64,000 nt of DNA from Deltaproteobacteria bacterium (GCA_004283055.1 SHLP01000005.1:4687-68686); one strand, 5' to 3'. Shown: positions 31,030-40,730, counted from the first letter of the stretch. Notes: generated by a model from the letters alone, not told the origin. A program made the numbers and translations.

Positions 31030-31911
31030 ATGGCACGCAGCCCTGTTACTTCGATGACTGTCGAGCGCATCGAGCGCGGGCGCCGAGAGCAAGGCAGCGA
31101 CCTGGTCGCAGTGGAGGAACCGCTTCAGATTCTTCTCGAGCACGGGGATGCGCACGCGCGCAGAGAGGCTCCCTTGGCCATGACGATGCGCACCCCCGGG
31201 CAGGATCGGGATTTGGTCACCGGCTTTTTGTTTGCCGAAGGCGTCATCGACCGGGTCGACGACCTGGTCAGCGTTCGTCAGTGCAAACGCTCGCATACTC
31301 CGGACAACGTGGTGCGCGCCGTCTTGCATGAACGTGTGGTGGTGCCGTCGCGATTGCTGGAACGCGCCCTCCCGATGACCAGCGCCTGCGGGGTCTGCGG
31401 TGAGCGCACCGTCGAGGCGTTGACCAAGGCGGGCTGCGCGCCGCTTCCGGTGATACGGGACGCGTTCGACCCCTCGATGATTCGCCGCGCGCTTCTCTCT
31501 TTGGAGGAATCACAGGCCTGGTTTCGACACACCGGCGGCACGCATGGCGCAGCGCTGTTCAACGACAGCGGCGAGCTGATGCTGCAACGCGAAGACGTCG
31601 GGCGACACAACGCGCTCGACAAGTTGGTTGGCGCTTGGCTCGCGGGCCAGGCGACTGAAGCATCGCAGGCCTTCGTACTGGTGAGTAGCCGGGCGAGCTT
31701 CGAGCTGGTCCAAAAGACCGTTCGAGCGGGCTTTCCAATGTTGGTTGCCATCGGCGCAGCATCGAGCCTAGCGATCGAAACAGCGCGAAGATTCAAGCTC
31801 AGCCTGCTGGGCTTCGCGCGAGAAAACCGCTTCAACGTTTACTCGAACGGCGAGCGTGTGGCACTCGAGCCAGGCGACGCCTCCTTCGTGCACCTCGAGG
31901 CGGGTGGATGA
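31030..31911 (+). CDS. fdhD: formate dehydrogenase accessory sulfurtransferase
   Basis: ...MTMRTPGQDRDLVTGFLFAEGVI..., MTSACGVCG, and EDVGRHNALDKLVG are all FdhD hallmarks. ATGA overlap with the downstream molybdoenzyme gene at 31908-31911. Confidence 0.9.
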   Translation: MARSPVTSMTVERIERGRREQGSDLVAVEEPLQILLEHGDAHARREAPLAMTMRTPGQDRDLVTGFLFAEGVIDRVDDLVSVRQCKRSHTPDNVVRAVLHERVVVPSRLLERALPMTSACGVCGERTVEALTKAGCAPLPVIRDAFDPSMIRRALLSLEESQAWFRHTGGTHGAALFNDSGELMLQREDVGRHNALDKLVGAWLAGQATEASQAFVLVSSRASFELVQKTVRAGFPMLVAIGAASSLAIETARRFKLSLLGFARENRFNVYSNGERVALEPGDASFVHLEAGG

Positions 31912-34208
31912 CCGATCACCGACCGAGCAGCGCCGAGCCGCCCGAAACCGACGACGATTTGCGCATCGAAGCGCCCCAGAAAAAGGCCGCAGGCCTCGCA
32001 TCGGTGCGTTCCTCGTTCGCGCACATGCACCTGCACGGCCACGGACTGCCGTCGGCAATGCGCATCCTCGGAAAGATGAACCAAGTCGACGGCTTCGACT
32101 GCCCCGGCTGCGCCTGGCCCGACCCAGACGACCGCGCCGCACTCACCGAGTTTTGCGAGAACGGCGCCAAAGCGGCCGCTTGGGAAACGACGCGTCGACG
32201 AGTCGATGGGAAGTTCTTCGAGCGCCACAGCATCGATGAGCTGGCCGAACGATCGGACTACTGGCTGGGGCTTCAAGGCCGGCTGACCGAGCCGCTCCTC
32301 CTTCGCCCCGGCTCGCGTTTCTACGAGCCGATTAGCTGGGAGGAGGCGTTCAAGCGCGTGGCCGAAGCCCTAAAGGCGCTCGACTCGCCCGACGAAGCCG
32401 TGTTTTACACTTCGGGCCGGACGAGCAACGAAGCGGCGTTCCTCTATCAGCTCTTCGTGCGCGCGTTCGGTACGAACAACCTGCCCGACTGCTCGAACAT
32501 GTGCCACGAATCGAGCGGCGTCGGCCTCGGGGAGACCGTGGGTATCGGCAAGGGCTCGGTCACCCTCGACGACATCCACCAGGCCGACACGATCATCGTG
32601 ATGGGCCAAAACCCCGGCACGAACCATCCACGAATGCTCACGGCGCTGCAGAAGGCAAAGAAGAACGGCGCGCAGATCATCGCGGTGAACCCGCTCCCAG
32701 AGGCGGGCCTGATGGGTTTCGTAAATCCGAAGAGCCCGGCGCAGGTGCTCAGCGGCGGAACGCAGGTCGCCGACCTCTTTCTTCAGGTTCAAATCAACGG
32801 CGACGTCGCCCTGCTCAAGGCGCTGATGTGCCTCTTGCTCGAAACCGAGTCCGAGCAGCCCGGTGAGGTGCTCGACCAAGACTTCATCGGCCTCTACACC
32901 GAGGGCTTCGAGGAGCTGCGCGCGCATCTGGACGCCCAAGACGTCGATGCGCTGATCGGGGCTGCCGGGGTCACGCGCGCCGAGCTCGAACGAGCTGTCG
33001 CCATCGTCCTCCGCAGCCGAAAGACGATTGTGTGCTGGGCGATGGGCCTGACCCAGCACCGAAACGGTGTCGGCAATGTCCGCGAGATCGTCAACTTCCT
33101 GTTGATGCGCGGCAGCCTCGGCATGCCTGGCGCGGGAACATGCCCGGTGCGAGGCCATAGCAACGTGCAGGGTGACCGCACGATGGGGATTCACGACCGG
33201 CCGTCAAAGGCGCTTCTCGACCGCATCGAGGAGGTGTTCGGGTTCGACCCGCCCCGCAGGCCTGGCTTCAACACCGTCGAAGCGATTCACGCGATGCTCG
33301 AAGGCCGTGCCAAGCTGTTCTTCGCGATGGGGGGCAACTTCCTTCAAGCGACACCGGACACCGAACGCACGGCGCGGGCTCTGCGGAGCTGCAAGATGAC
33401 CGTGTATGTGAGCACCAAGCTCAACCGCGGCCATCTGATTTGCGGCCAGTCTTCGATCATCTTGCCATGCCTCGGACGCTCCGAAGTCGACGAGCAAGCG
33501 TACGGCCCTCAGTTCGTGACGGTCGAGAACTCGATGGGCGTCGTCCATTCGTCGCATGGTCACCTGAGCCCTGCGCATCCAAAGCTCTACAGCGAATCAT
33601 CGATTGTGGCTTGGCTCGCCGAGCAAGTTCTCGGCCCGGAGACCCCGGTGAGCTGGTGCTGGCTGATCGAGAACTACGATCGAATTCGCGACTTGATCGA
33701 AAAGACGATTCCCGGTTTCGAAGACTTCAACACGCGCGTGCGCAAACCCGGCGGTTTCCACCTTTACAACAGCGCGCGCGAACGCCAGTTCGCGACCGAA
33801 AGCGGGAAAGCGCAGTTCACCATCAACCCGGCGCCCGACCTCACCCTGCCCGAGGGCTGCTTTCGGATGATGACCGTGCGCACCCACGACCAGTACAACA
33901 CTACCGTTTACGGCAAGGACGACCGCTATCGGGGGGTGCGCGGCGGCCGGCGCGTCGTCTTCATGAACGAAGCCGACATGCAGCAGGCCGGTCTGGCGCC
34001 AGGCTCCAAGGTAGACATCAGCAACGATTTTGGCGGCGAGCTCCGCGTTGCCCCGCGGTTCACGGTCGTCCCTTACCCGATCCCAAGCCGCTGCGTTGCT
34101 ACGTATTTTCCCGAAGCCAACGTGCTGGTTCCTCTCAATCGATACGCCGAGGGGAGCTTCACGCCGGCCTCGAAAGACGTCACGGTTCGGGTCGCGCCGA
34201 GCGCGTAG
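31908..34208 (+). CDS. FdhF/YdeP-family molybdopterin oxidoreductase
   Basis: 766 aa with an N-terminal Fe-S Cys cluster region (GFDCPGCAWPDP...FCENG). The molybdopterin oxidoreductase body includes ...IIVMGQNPGTNHPRM..., and there is a C-terminal molydopterin-dinucleotide-binding beta-barrel. Confidence 0.88.
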   Translation: MTDHRPSSAEPPETDDDLRIEAPQKKAAGLASVRSSFAHMHLHGHGLPSAMRILGKMNQVDGFDCPGCAWPDPDDRAALTEFCENGAKAAAWETTRRRVDGKFFERHSIDELAERSDYWLGLQGRLTEPLLLRPGSRFYEPISWEEAFKRVAEALKALDSPDEAVFYTSGRTSNEAAFLYQLFVRAFGTNNLPDCSNMCHESSGVGLGETVGIGKGSVTLDDIHQADTIIVMGQNPGTNHPRMLTALQKAKKNGAQIIAVNPLPEAGLMGFVNPKSPAQVLSGGTQVADLFLQVQINGDVALLKALMCLLLETESEQPGEVLDQDFIGLYTEGFEELRAHLDAQDVDALIGAAGVTRAELERAVAIVLRSRKTIVCWAMGLTQHRNGVGNVREIVNFLLMRGSLGMPGAGTCPVRGHSNVQGDRTMGIHDRPSKALLDRIEEVFGFDPPRRPGFNTVEAIHAMLEGRAKLFFAMGGNFLQATPDTERTARALRSCKMTVYVSTKLNRGHLICGQSSIILPCLGRSEVDEQAYGPQFVTVENSMGVVHSSHGHLSPAHPKLYSESSIVAWLAEQVLGPETPVSWCWLIENYDRIRDLIEKTIPGFEDFNTRVRKPGGFHLYNSARERQFATESGKAQFTINPAPDLTLPEGCFRMMTVRTHDQYNTTVYGKDDRYRGVRGGRRVVFMNEADMQQAGLAPGSKVDISNDFGGELRVAPRFTVVPYPIPSRCVATYFPEANVLVPLNRYAEGSFTPASKDVTVRVAPSA

Positions 34209-34214
34209 GAAACG

Positions 34215-35561
34215 CTACAGGCGACGCAGAACTTCATCCGCGGCGCGCTCGCCCGATTGAATCGCGCCCTCCATGTAGCCGATCCATTCGGTGGCTGCCT
34301 CGGTGCCAGCCCAGTGGATTCGGCCCTCGGGCTTGCGAAGATGCGCAAACGACTTGGTGAGCACGCCTGGCGGCAAGCCACCGACCGGGCCTCCGCGCGA
34401 CCAGGGCTCCGCCCCCCAGTCGAGCTCGTGGTACTCCTCGAACGATCTGGCCTCCTCGCCGAAATAGCGCGCGAGCGCGTTGGCAACGCGGCGCTTTCGA
34501 TCCGAGAGAGGTTGCGCAGACCATTGCCGCGCCTGGCTTCCAACGACGAACCCAACCAGCGCGGGCTGCTGCCCGTCATGCGACGTGTTGTCATACACGA
34601 CGCTGAGCGGACCGTCCGAGCTGACCACTTCGCCCGAGAGGCCAGCTTCACGCCAAAACGCGCGCTCGTAGGTTACGAGCACCTTCACCGCAGCGCCCAT
34701 CGCAAAGCGCTGCGTGACTTGGTCGCGGCCGACCGAGACGGGGGGCTCGTATTCAATCCGCCCGGCAAGCGGCGGCGGTACGGCAACGACGGCGAACCTC
34801 GCTGCAATCGACCGGGAGTCACAGTGCGCTTCGACCCCGTCACGATGGTGGACGATCGTGCGAACCGGGGCGCCGAGGATCAGCGCGTCACCGAGCTCTT
34901 TGGCGAGCGCATTTGAAATCGACTGCGCGCCCGGGACGAAGCGATCCTGCTGCGCGCCGCCGCGGGTCTCCGAATGGCTCAAGAGGCCGCCCCCGGCGTT
35001 GAGGTACATCAGGAAGTAGAGCGCTGAAAGCTCCCGCGCTTCAGCGCCAAAAATCGAGCGAATCGCGGCATCCATCACCGCTAAGATTTTGCCCGACTTC
35101 ACGAACCGCGCCCGCCAGGTCTCGAGCGTTTCGCCGTCGAGGTCCTCGGCGCCCTCCGCACTCATCGGGGCAGTCGGCGAAATCCGCTTCTGCACGCGGT
35201 GGAGGTAACTAAGCGCGCCCTGCATCTGAATCAGCGATGGAAGCGACATCGAGGCGACCGAGCGCTTGTAGGTCGAGACCTTCCCCTCGACTTCCAAGAC
35301 CTTCTTGCCATCGCTGTACGTGGGGAAGGTTTGGATACCGAGCTCGTTGGCAAGCGCGTGCACGCGGTCCTGGCCGGGCCCGATCCACTGGCCGCCCAGG
35401 TCGAAGGTGCCACGCCCGATCTGTTCGGTGCGCGTGCGCCCCCCTACGCGATCGCGCGCCTCGATGACGAGGACGGACTTGCCCTGCGCACGAAGCTTGC
35501 GCGCCGCGCAAAGCCCCGAGAGCCCCGCTCCAATCACAACGACGTCCGCCCGATCATCCAT
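34215..35561 (-). CDS. flavin-containing amine oxidase (monoamine oxidase family)
   Basis: FAD dinucleotide fold DVVVIGAGLSGLCAARKL...VLVIEARDRVGGR, followed by ...DLGGQWIGP.... Confidence 0.85.
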   Translation of the reverse strand: MDDRADVVVIGAGLSGLCAARKLRAQGKSVLVIEARDRVGGRTRTEQIGRGTFDLGGQWIGPGQDRVHALANELGIQTFPTYSDGKKVLEVEGKVSTYKRSVASMSLPSLIQMQGALSYLHRVQKRISPTAPMSAEGAEDLDGETLETWRARFVKSGKILAVMDAAIRSIFGAEARELSALYFLMYLNAGGGLLSHSETRGGAQQDRFVPGAQSISNALAKELGDALILGAPVRTIVHHRDGVEAHCDSRSIAARFAVVAVPPPLAGRIEYEPPVSVGRDQVTQRFAMGAAVKVLVTYERAFWREAGLSGEVVSSDGPLSVVYDNTSHDGQQPALVGFVVGSQARQWSAQPLSDRKRRVANALARYFGEEARSFEEYHELDWGAEPWSRGGPVGGLPPGVLTKSFAHLRKPEGRIHWAGTEAATEWIGYMEGAIQSGERAADEVLRRL

Positions 35562-35590
35562 TGCGAGCCTTATAGTACGCGGTTGGGGGG

Positions 35591-36259
35591 TTACTCAATT
35601 TTGGTGATTCTCGTTCGCCTTCGTTTCCGCGGAAGCGGTGCTTTTTGATGGTCGAATGACTGGTGCACGACGAAGATATCATCTGCGTCGGAGAGCATTC
35701 TCAAATGGGTTGGGTGCTGCGGGATTAGATCAGGTTGACCCTGCGTGTCGAGCTTCACTACGAAGTCGGTCCCTGGTGGAGCCGAGGCTGAGAACTGCGC
35801 CACACCCTCCGAATTGGTGTGCGCAACGGTGTGCCCGTTGAGAAGGACCGGCAGGCCAGCGCCGTTGTTCGCTCGAACGATGAAAACCGCGAGCCGCTTT
35901 TCAAGTTTGCATCTGAGGGTGACTTTCAATGCGCCTCGCTGAGACTCGCCAATTCCATCCAAGGGGCGGATCCGGAAGAACTTGGGCACGGCCCCTTCGG
36001 TGTGTCCAGGCGGACAAACGCACTCGACTCTCAGTCGTTGCCCTGGCTTGCCGTCAATTTTTGCACGCAGGACGCCGTTGGAGTTGGTCTTGCCTAGGGC
36101 TTTCCCCTCGAGCTCGACAAGCACGTTGCTGAGCCGCAGGCCTCGATCCGATGCAACTTCGAAGACGACCTCGATCGCCGACTCGGGCGACAAGCGCGCG
36201 TGACAGGATGCCAACACACCGGCCGCAACGATGAGCACGTAGGGCCGCGTCAACGGCAT
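35591..36259 (-). CDS. lipoprotein of unknown function, last gene of the Tad-like operon
   Basis: ATG at 36259 gives MPLTRPYVLIVAAGVLASC, a lipobox. There are two internal ...TNSNGV.../...TNSEGV... beta-sandwich-like repeats. The track start at 36292 is GTG and would overlap the upstream gene further. Confidence 0.5.
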   Translation of the reverse strand: MPLTRPYVLIVAAGVLASCHARLSPESAIEVVFEVASDRGLRLSNVLVELEGKALGKTNSNGVLRAKIDGKPGQRLRVECVCPPGHTEGAVPKFFRIRPLDGIGESQRGALKVTLRCKLEKRLAVFIVRANNGAGLPVLLNGHTVAHTNSEGVAQFSASAPPGTDFVVKLDTQGQPDLIPQHPTHLRMLSDADDIFVVHQSFDHQKAPLPRKRRRTRITKIE

Positions 36260-36792
36260 GCGCCACGTCCGGGGCCAGAGGATGGACCGCACCTCAGCTT
36301 TGCCCTGAGCACCATGACGAAATCGCGAAACGTACGGTCATCGGGGAAAATGCTGGCGAGGGCCTCGTACTGACGGAGAGCAGCGGGAAAGTCGTTCGAT
36401 GCGATGAGTGCAGCGGCCTGCTTTTCGAGCTTCGCCCTTTGCTCGGCACTGAGCTCATTATCCGCCGAATGACGCTCCACCCGTCGTTGTTGGGGGGATT
36501 CCGGTGGCTGTGGCGCTGAGTGAGAAAGGAGCACCGCGCTGCTCTGACGAGCAGCCCGAATCTCAGTCAGCACCTCGCGCAAAGCGTCTGCAGCCTGTTG
36601 CTGTTGATGCATCACCAAGCCAAGGCCGACGAGAAGTGTGAACGCAACGCCAACCTCGATGATCTCTCGCCTGTAGCTCGATAGCATGGCCCGAGGGGTG
36701 CTCCGTGTTCGCCTTGCTCGATGCTTGGTGCGATCGACCAAAGTGTGTTCCTCGTCGCTTTCCGGGAGAATCATCGTGGGCGGCTCGTTCAT
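36250..36792 (-). CDS. single-pass membrane protein of unknown function (Tad-like operon)
   Basis: ATG at 36792 (MNEPPTMILPE) forms an ATGA overlap with the ATPase stop (36789-36792). TM segment IIEVGVAFTLLVGLGLV, then a Q-rich/coiled region and a TPR-like tail. Confidence 0.5.
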   Translation of the reverse strand: MNEPPTMILPESDEEHTLVDRTKHRARRTRSTPRAMLSSYRREIIEVGVAFTLLVGLGLVMHQQQQAADALREVLTEIRAARQSSAVLLSHSAPQPPESPQQRRVERHSADNELSAEQRAKLEKQAAALIASNDFPAALRQYEALASIFPDDRTFRDFVMVLRAKLRCGPSSGPGRGACR

Positions 36793-37787
36793 TCGACGCC
36801 CTCGATGTCTTCCAGCCGTTCGAACAAGTGCTCTAGTTGATAGCCGCTTTCTGCATCCCAACCGTGGACCTCTGAGACGTGCGTCACGAAACGCGCGCCT
36901 TCAGGGCCGCGCGAAACCTGTACAATCGTGTCCACAGCAGAGGCGATCTGAATCCGAAGAACTGCGAGCGGCACTCCTACGTCGCTCATGAGCGCCATCG
37001 TTTCCAACCGGCTCAGAGTGTCGATAGGAAGTGTGGCGTGAACCGTGGAAAGGCAGCCTCGATGACCAGAGGTCATCGCTTGAATCAGGTCGAGAGCCTC
37101 TCCGCCACGAATCTCGCCGATGACGATACGGTCGGGGCGCAATCGAAGCGTGGCCCGGAGAAGGTCGCGAATCGTTACGCCGCCCATACCGCGGACGTTT
37201 GGCGGCTGCGACTCGAGTTGTACGACGTGGCGTAGTTGAATCTGAAGCTCTTGTGAGTCTTCAATGACCACGACCCTTTCATCATCGGAAGCGAGCGATG
37301 ACAGAGCATTGAGGAAAGATGTCTTACCGGACCCACTTCCGCCTGCGATGATCACGTTGTGTTTTCGTTCAACTACGGATCGGAGCAGGGTCGAGATCTC
37401 GCGAGGGACCGAACCCAGCTCGACCAGGCGTTGGAGCGTCGGCTGCTGCCGTCGAAAGCGCCTGATGCTGACGACGGGACCCGAGGGGGCGGCTGGTGGA
37501 ATCACCGCTTGGACCCTGGATCCGTCGGGAAGCCGGGCTTCCAAGATCGGTCGCTCAGGGTTGAGCTCACGGCCCACGAACTGCGAGAGATTTCGAAGTG
37601 CTGACATCAGATCGTGTTCTGAATCAAAGCGACTGTCGGAGAGATGGAGTCGACCCTCTGTCTCCACGTAGATCTCGTCGTGTCCATTAATCATGATCTC
37701 GCTCACCTCGTCGCCGTCGAGGTAGGGCGCTACCGGGCGAAACAGCGACGCGACCGTTTGTTCGAAGACGTAGCGAGGAATTCTCAT
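36789..37787 (-). CDS. CpaF/TadA-family (T2SS-E type) secretion ATPase, short form without N-terminal domains
   Basis: Walker A GGSGSGKTS, Asp box VVVIEDSQEL, Walker B RPDRIVIGEIRGGEA, His box SGHRGCLSTVHA. ATGA overlap with the upstream gene at 37784-37787. Confidence 0.85.
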   Translation of the reverse strand: MRIPRYVFEQTVASLFRPVAPYLDGDEVSEIMINGHDEIYVETEGRLHLSDSRFDSEHDLMSALRNLSQFVGRELNPERPILEARLPDGSRVQAVIPPAAPSGPVVSIRRFRRQQPTLQRLVELGSVPREISTLLRSVVERKHNVIIAGGSGSGKTSFLNALSSLASDDERVVVIEDSQELQIQLRHVVQLESQPPNVRGMGGVTIRDLLRATLRLRPDRIVIGEIRGGEALDLIQAMTSGHRGCLSTVHATLPIDTLSRLETMALMSDVGVPLAVLRIQIASAVDTIVQVSRGPEGARFVTHVSEVHGWDAESGYQLEHLFERLEDIEGVE

Positions 37788-38476
37788 GGCGCCTGCGCCG
37801 CGGGGCTAGCGTCGACTCGAGAGGACATACGACGGGGGCCCACGCCCGCGTGGAGGCTTTCGTCGAGAAAGGACTGCGCTTCGGGGGCGTGATGTCCGTC
37901 GGGCGCAAGCTCGAGGTACTGTTCCAGCTGCGCGTTGATTTGAGCTCGGTCGTCGCCGTTGTCGCGATAGAGCATAGCTAGCCGGTAGTGAGGCAACGCC
38001 CAGTCAGGCTCAGCTCGCACGATGTATTCGAGCTCCGATTTCGCACGTGCCGAATCTCCTAGCGCTTCGTGGAGACTGGCGACGACGAGACGAAGTGACC
38101 AGTGTCTAGGATTTTCGCGAAGGTAACGGTGCGCGTGGCGCAATGCGGACTGATAGCGGCTTGCCGCAATGCAGACCCGCACCAGCCATCGAATCGCGGA
38201 CGCCTGCTCATGCCCTCGCTGTCGCGCGGCGGCTAGATACTGCTCAGCCCGCAGGAAGTCACCGGAATGCGCGTGTGAGACGCCAAGGAGAAAGAGGTCC
38301 TCCGCCGTGACGTTGGTAAGCTCCGACTGGAGCTCCGAGCTTTGATGAAGCGTTGGGTGATTACATCCGAGAGTGACCGCAAGGCATGAGGCAAGCAAGA
38401 GCCTGTGTTCTTTGTCAGAGCGTCGTGCTTGCGCGCGCTGTGGTTCTACCGACGATTTTGTTGAGCCATTCGACAT
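37784..38476 (-). CDS. TPR-repeat lipoprotein (TadD-like candidate)
   Basis: Lipobox LAVTLGC followed by TPR-like helices. GAGGAGGG sits directly before the first ATG (38482) and 7 nt before the second ATG (38476), so I favour 38476. Either start overlaps the 3' end of the upstream gene. Confidence 0.6.
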   Translation of the reverse strand: MSNGSTKSSVEPQRAQARRSDKEHRLLLASCLAVTLGCNHPTLHQSSELQSELTNVTAEDLFLLGVSHAHSGDFLRAEQYLAAARQRGHEQASAIRWLVRVCIAASRYQSALRHAHRYLRENPRHWSLRLVVASLHEALGDSARAKSELEYIVRAEPDWALPHYRLAMLYRDNGDDRAQINAQLEQYLELAPDGHHAPEAQSFLDESLHAGVGPRRMSSRVDASPAAQAP

Positions 38477-38966
38477 ACCCATCCCTCCTCAAATGCGCGG
38501 TCAGGAGAAGCAAACGATGAATCTCGCTCAGTGCATCCGACCATCGAGCCTGGTCGAGCGCTGTGACCAGGTTTAGACGCGCCGCTGCGTAGTCCGTATT
38601 GACGCGCGCAGCGATGGCGGCGTGCAAACGGCCCGCACGAACCGCGTCATCATGCGAGCCGGCGCCTCGGTAGCACGCCTCGGCTTGCGCGAAGTGGTAT
38701 GCTGCTCGAACACCGTCGCCGGCATCGTACGGATAGCGGTCCGCAAACAGAAGACCGCGCTCCTCCAAACGTCGAGCGCTTGTCACTCCCTCGTCACGAA
38801 GCGGGCAGGGCTGCACATCGGCGAAGAGCTCCGGGTAGTCGTCGAGCGCTTGCTCGTCGACGTTGGTCGACTCCCGGCCTCGAAACCATCCGATGAGAGC
38901 CGCGAGTACGCACGCCGCAAGCAAGAGGAAGAGGCCTTGCACTCGGACTGACGGAGCACTCGTCAT
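38415..38966 (-). CDS. membrane-anchored protein of unknown function (Tad-like operon)
   Basis: ATG at 38966 (MTSAPSVRVQGLFLLLAACVLAALIGWF) forms an ATGA overlap with the tadC-like stop (38963-38966). One N-terminal TM segment and a helical C-terminal part. Confidence 0.5.
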   Translation of the reverse strand: MTSAPSVRVQGLFLLLAACVLAALIGWFRGRESTNVDEQALDDYPELFADVQPCPLRDEGVTSARRLEERGLLFADRYPYDAGDGVRAAYHFAQAEACYRGAGSHDDAVRAGRLHAAIAARVNTDYAAARLNLVTALDQARWSDALSEIHRLLLLTAHLRRDGYVEWLNKIVGRTTARASTTL

Positions 38967-39877
38967 GCCGGTCCGAGCCCTCCGGTCATGAAGCGAACGA
39001 CAACCGGGCCCAGAAGCAGAGCGATCACGCATAGAAAGATCAGCGTCATCGGACCCAGCAGCATGAGTGCAGCCTCCGACGCCGTCTCTTCGGCCGCAAC
39101 GCTTCGCCGCAAACGCTGTGTTTGTGATTGAATTCGGAGAACGCGAGCGAGGGGGCTGCCTCGTTCTTCTGCTTGAACGACGCTATTTACGAACTCCCGA
39201 ACCTGATCGGTCGGAATTCGGGATGCGAGCCCCTCCATTGCGCTTCGTCGAGTGTGACCGAGGTCGAGCTCCTGCAGGACTCTCGAGAATTCCTCGATGA
39301 TGGGGTCGCTGTCATCGGACGCGCTTTGGACGATGCGTCGGAGTGAACCGGGGAAGTCCAAGCCCGCGCTCATGCACATGGACGCGAGCTCGACCGCGGC
39401 GGGAAGCCGGCGGCCTACCATCTGTGCTCTTTGCTGAGCGACACCAACGATGCGAAACCAGGGAAGGACAGCTCCGAGGCCGAGAGCTCCGACTGAAACA
39501 AGCCAAGATACGCCCAGGAACCGGCACGCAATCAGCGTCCCGCCTCCGAGGCCGAGGCCAGAGAGAAGACAGAGCGCGATCAGCTCGTCGTCGGACAGCC
39601 CGAGGTAGTCGCCCGCATACGTCAGCAGGCGGCGTACGCGTGTACGTATCTGTTCCATCCGAATCGGTGCGAGCCATGCGGCAATCAGGCGGAGCGTTGG
39701 CTCAAGCCAGGCGAAGAAGCTGCCACGACTCAAAGCTCTGGCTCGATTTAGGCCCCGAGTACCCAGGACGGGTCGCTCCGCTGCACGGATCCTTGAGAGC
39801 TCAAATGTGAAACGGGATACGCCTCCCAGGATCAGCGCAAAAACCAGCGTGAGGAAGCTATCGAACGGACCGATCAC
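38963..39877 (-). CDS. TadC-like inner-membrane platform protein (T2SS-F domain)
   Basis: T2SSF-type domain (...LPAAVELASMCMSAGLDFPGSLRRI...) flanked by TM helices. GTG at 39877 forms a GTGA overlap with the tadB-like stop; the track start is 39925. Confidence 0.8.
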   Translation of the reverse strand: MIGPFDSFLTLVFALILGGVSRFTFELSRIRAAERPVLGTRGLNRARALSRGSFFAWLEPTLRLIAAWLAPIRMEQIRTRVRRLLTYAGDYLGLSDDELIALCLLSGLGLGGGTLIACRFLGVSWLVSVGALGLGAVLPWFRIVGVAQQRAQMVGRRLPAAVELASMCMSAGLDFPGSLRRIVQSASDDSDPIIEEFSRVLQELDLGHTRRSAMEGLASRIPTDQVREFVNSVVQAEERGSPLARVLRIQSQTQRLRRSVAAEETASEAALMLLGPMTLIFLCVIALLLGPVVVRFMTGGLGPA

Positions 39878-40730
39878 AAGTCGACCTTCGCGATGTGATG
39901 AGCCCAGACCGTAGCGAAGATCCACAGCAGGGCGCAGGTTGCGAGGAGTGCCTGACCAAGCTTCTGATTCAGCATTGGCTCGAACCAGGACCTATCGAGC
40001 CACGCGATCATGATGCAAAGAAGAAAGGGCACGGAGGCCAGGACCAGAACCTGCCCACGGCCCTCGGCTGTTCTGGACCGAAGCACGCCCTCGAGCCTCG
40101 CGGATTCCCGAAGGGCCTCCGACGCATGCTCCAAAGTCTTGGACAAGTCGCCACCGGTCTGACGTGCAACCACGATCGTCGCTAGGGCTCCAGAAATCGC
40201 GGTGCTGTCTATTCGTCGGGCGAGAGCGTTGATCGCGCGATCGAGCGGCGCACCTAATCGGATCTCTTTGACCAGTAGGTCGACCTCTGCACTAAACGGC
40301 TTGGGCATCAATGAAACGGTCGAAGCAATCGCTTCTCCAACGGAGGAGGTCGCTTTGAGCGCATTGGCCAACATGAGTAACCACGTATCGAGCTGACGTT
40401 CGAGTTGCTCGACGCGCGCGCGGTGACGCTTCCACAAAACGAACGGCGGCGCCGCCGCAGCCAAGAACATGAGAAGGGCAAACACCGAACTTCGAGTGAC
40501 CGCACTCATGCCTGCCAAAGCAGAGCAGGTGATGAGTTGTGCCAACGCGATTTGTGACCCTCGGTAGCGGAGCAAGAGAAAACTCGAGTGCCGTTCGAGT
40601 CGCTCGGCGTAGCGTCCCCATCGCCGCTGCGCGAAGTTTCCTTCGATGGAGAACGAGAGATACGTGATGGCCGCACAGCCGCAGACGAGAAAAACAGCCG
40701 ACGAAATGAGAAGCGGGAGGGCATCGAGCC

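Noticed and set aside
31031-31046. TGGCACGCAGCCCTGT, a sigma-54 -24-like motif
   Set aside because: The dinucleotide at the -12 position is TG rather than GC. The motif also lies inside the first codons of fdhD.
29620-31329. 569-aa minus-strand ORF spanning the sterol reductase and the fdhD start
   Set aside because: It is antisense to two confidently identified genes and crosses a hairpin terminator. Its composition is R/H/E/P-rich and non-protein-like.
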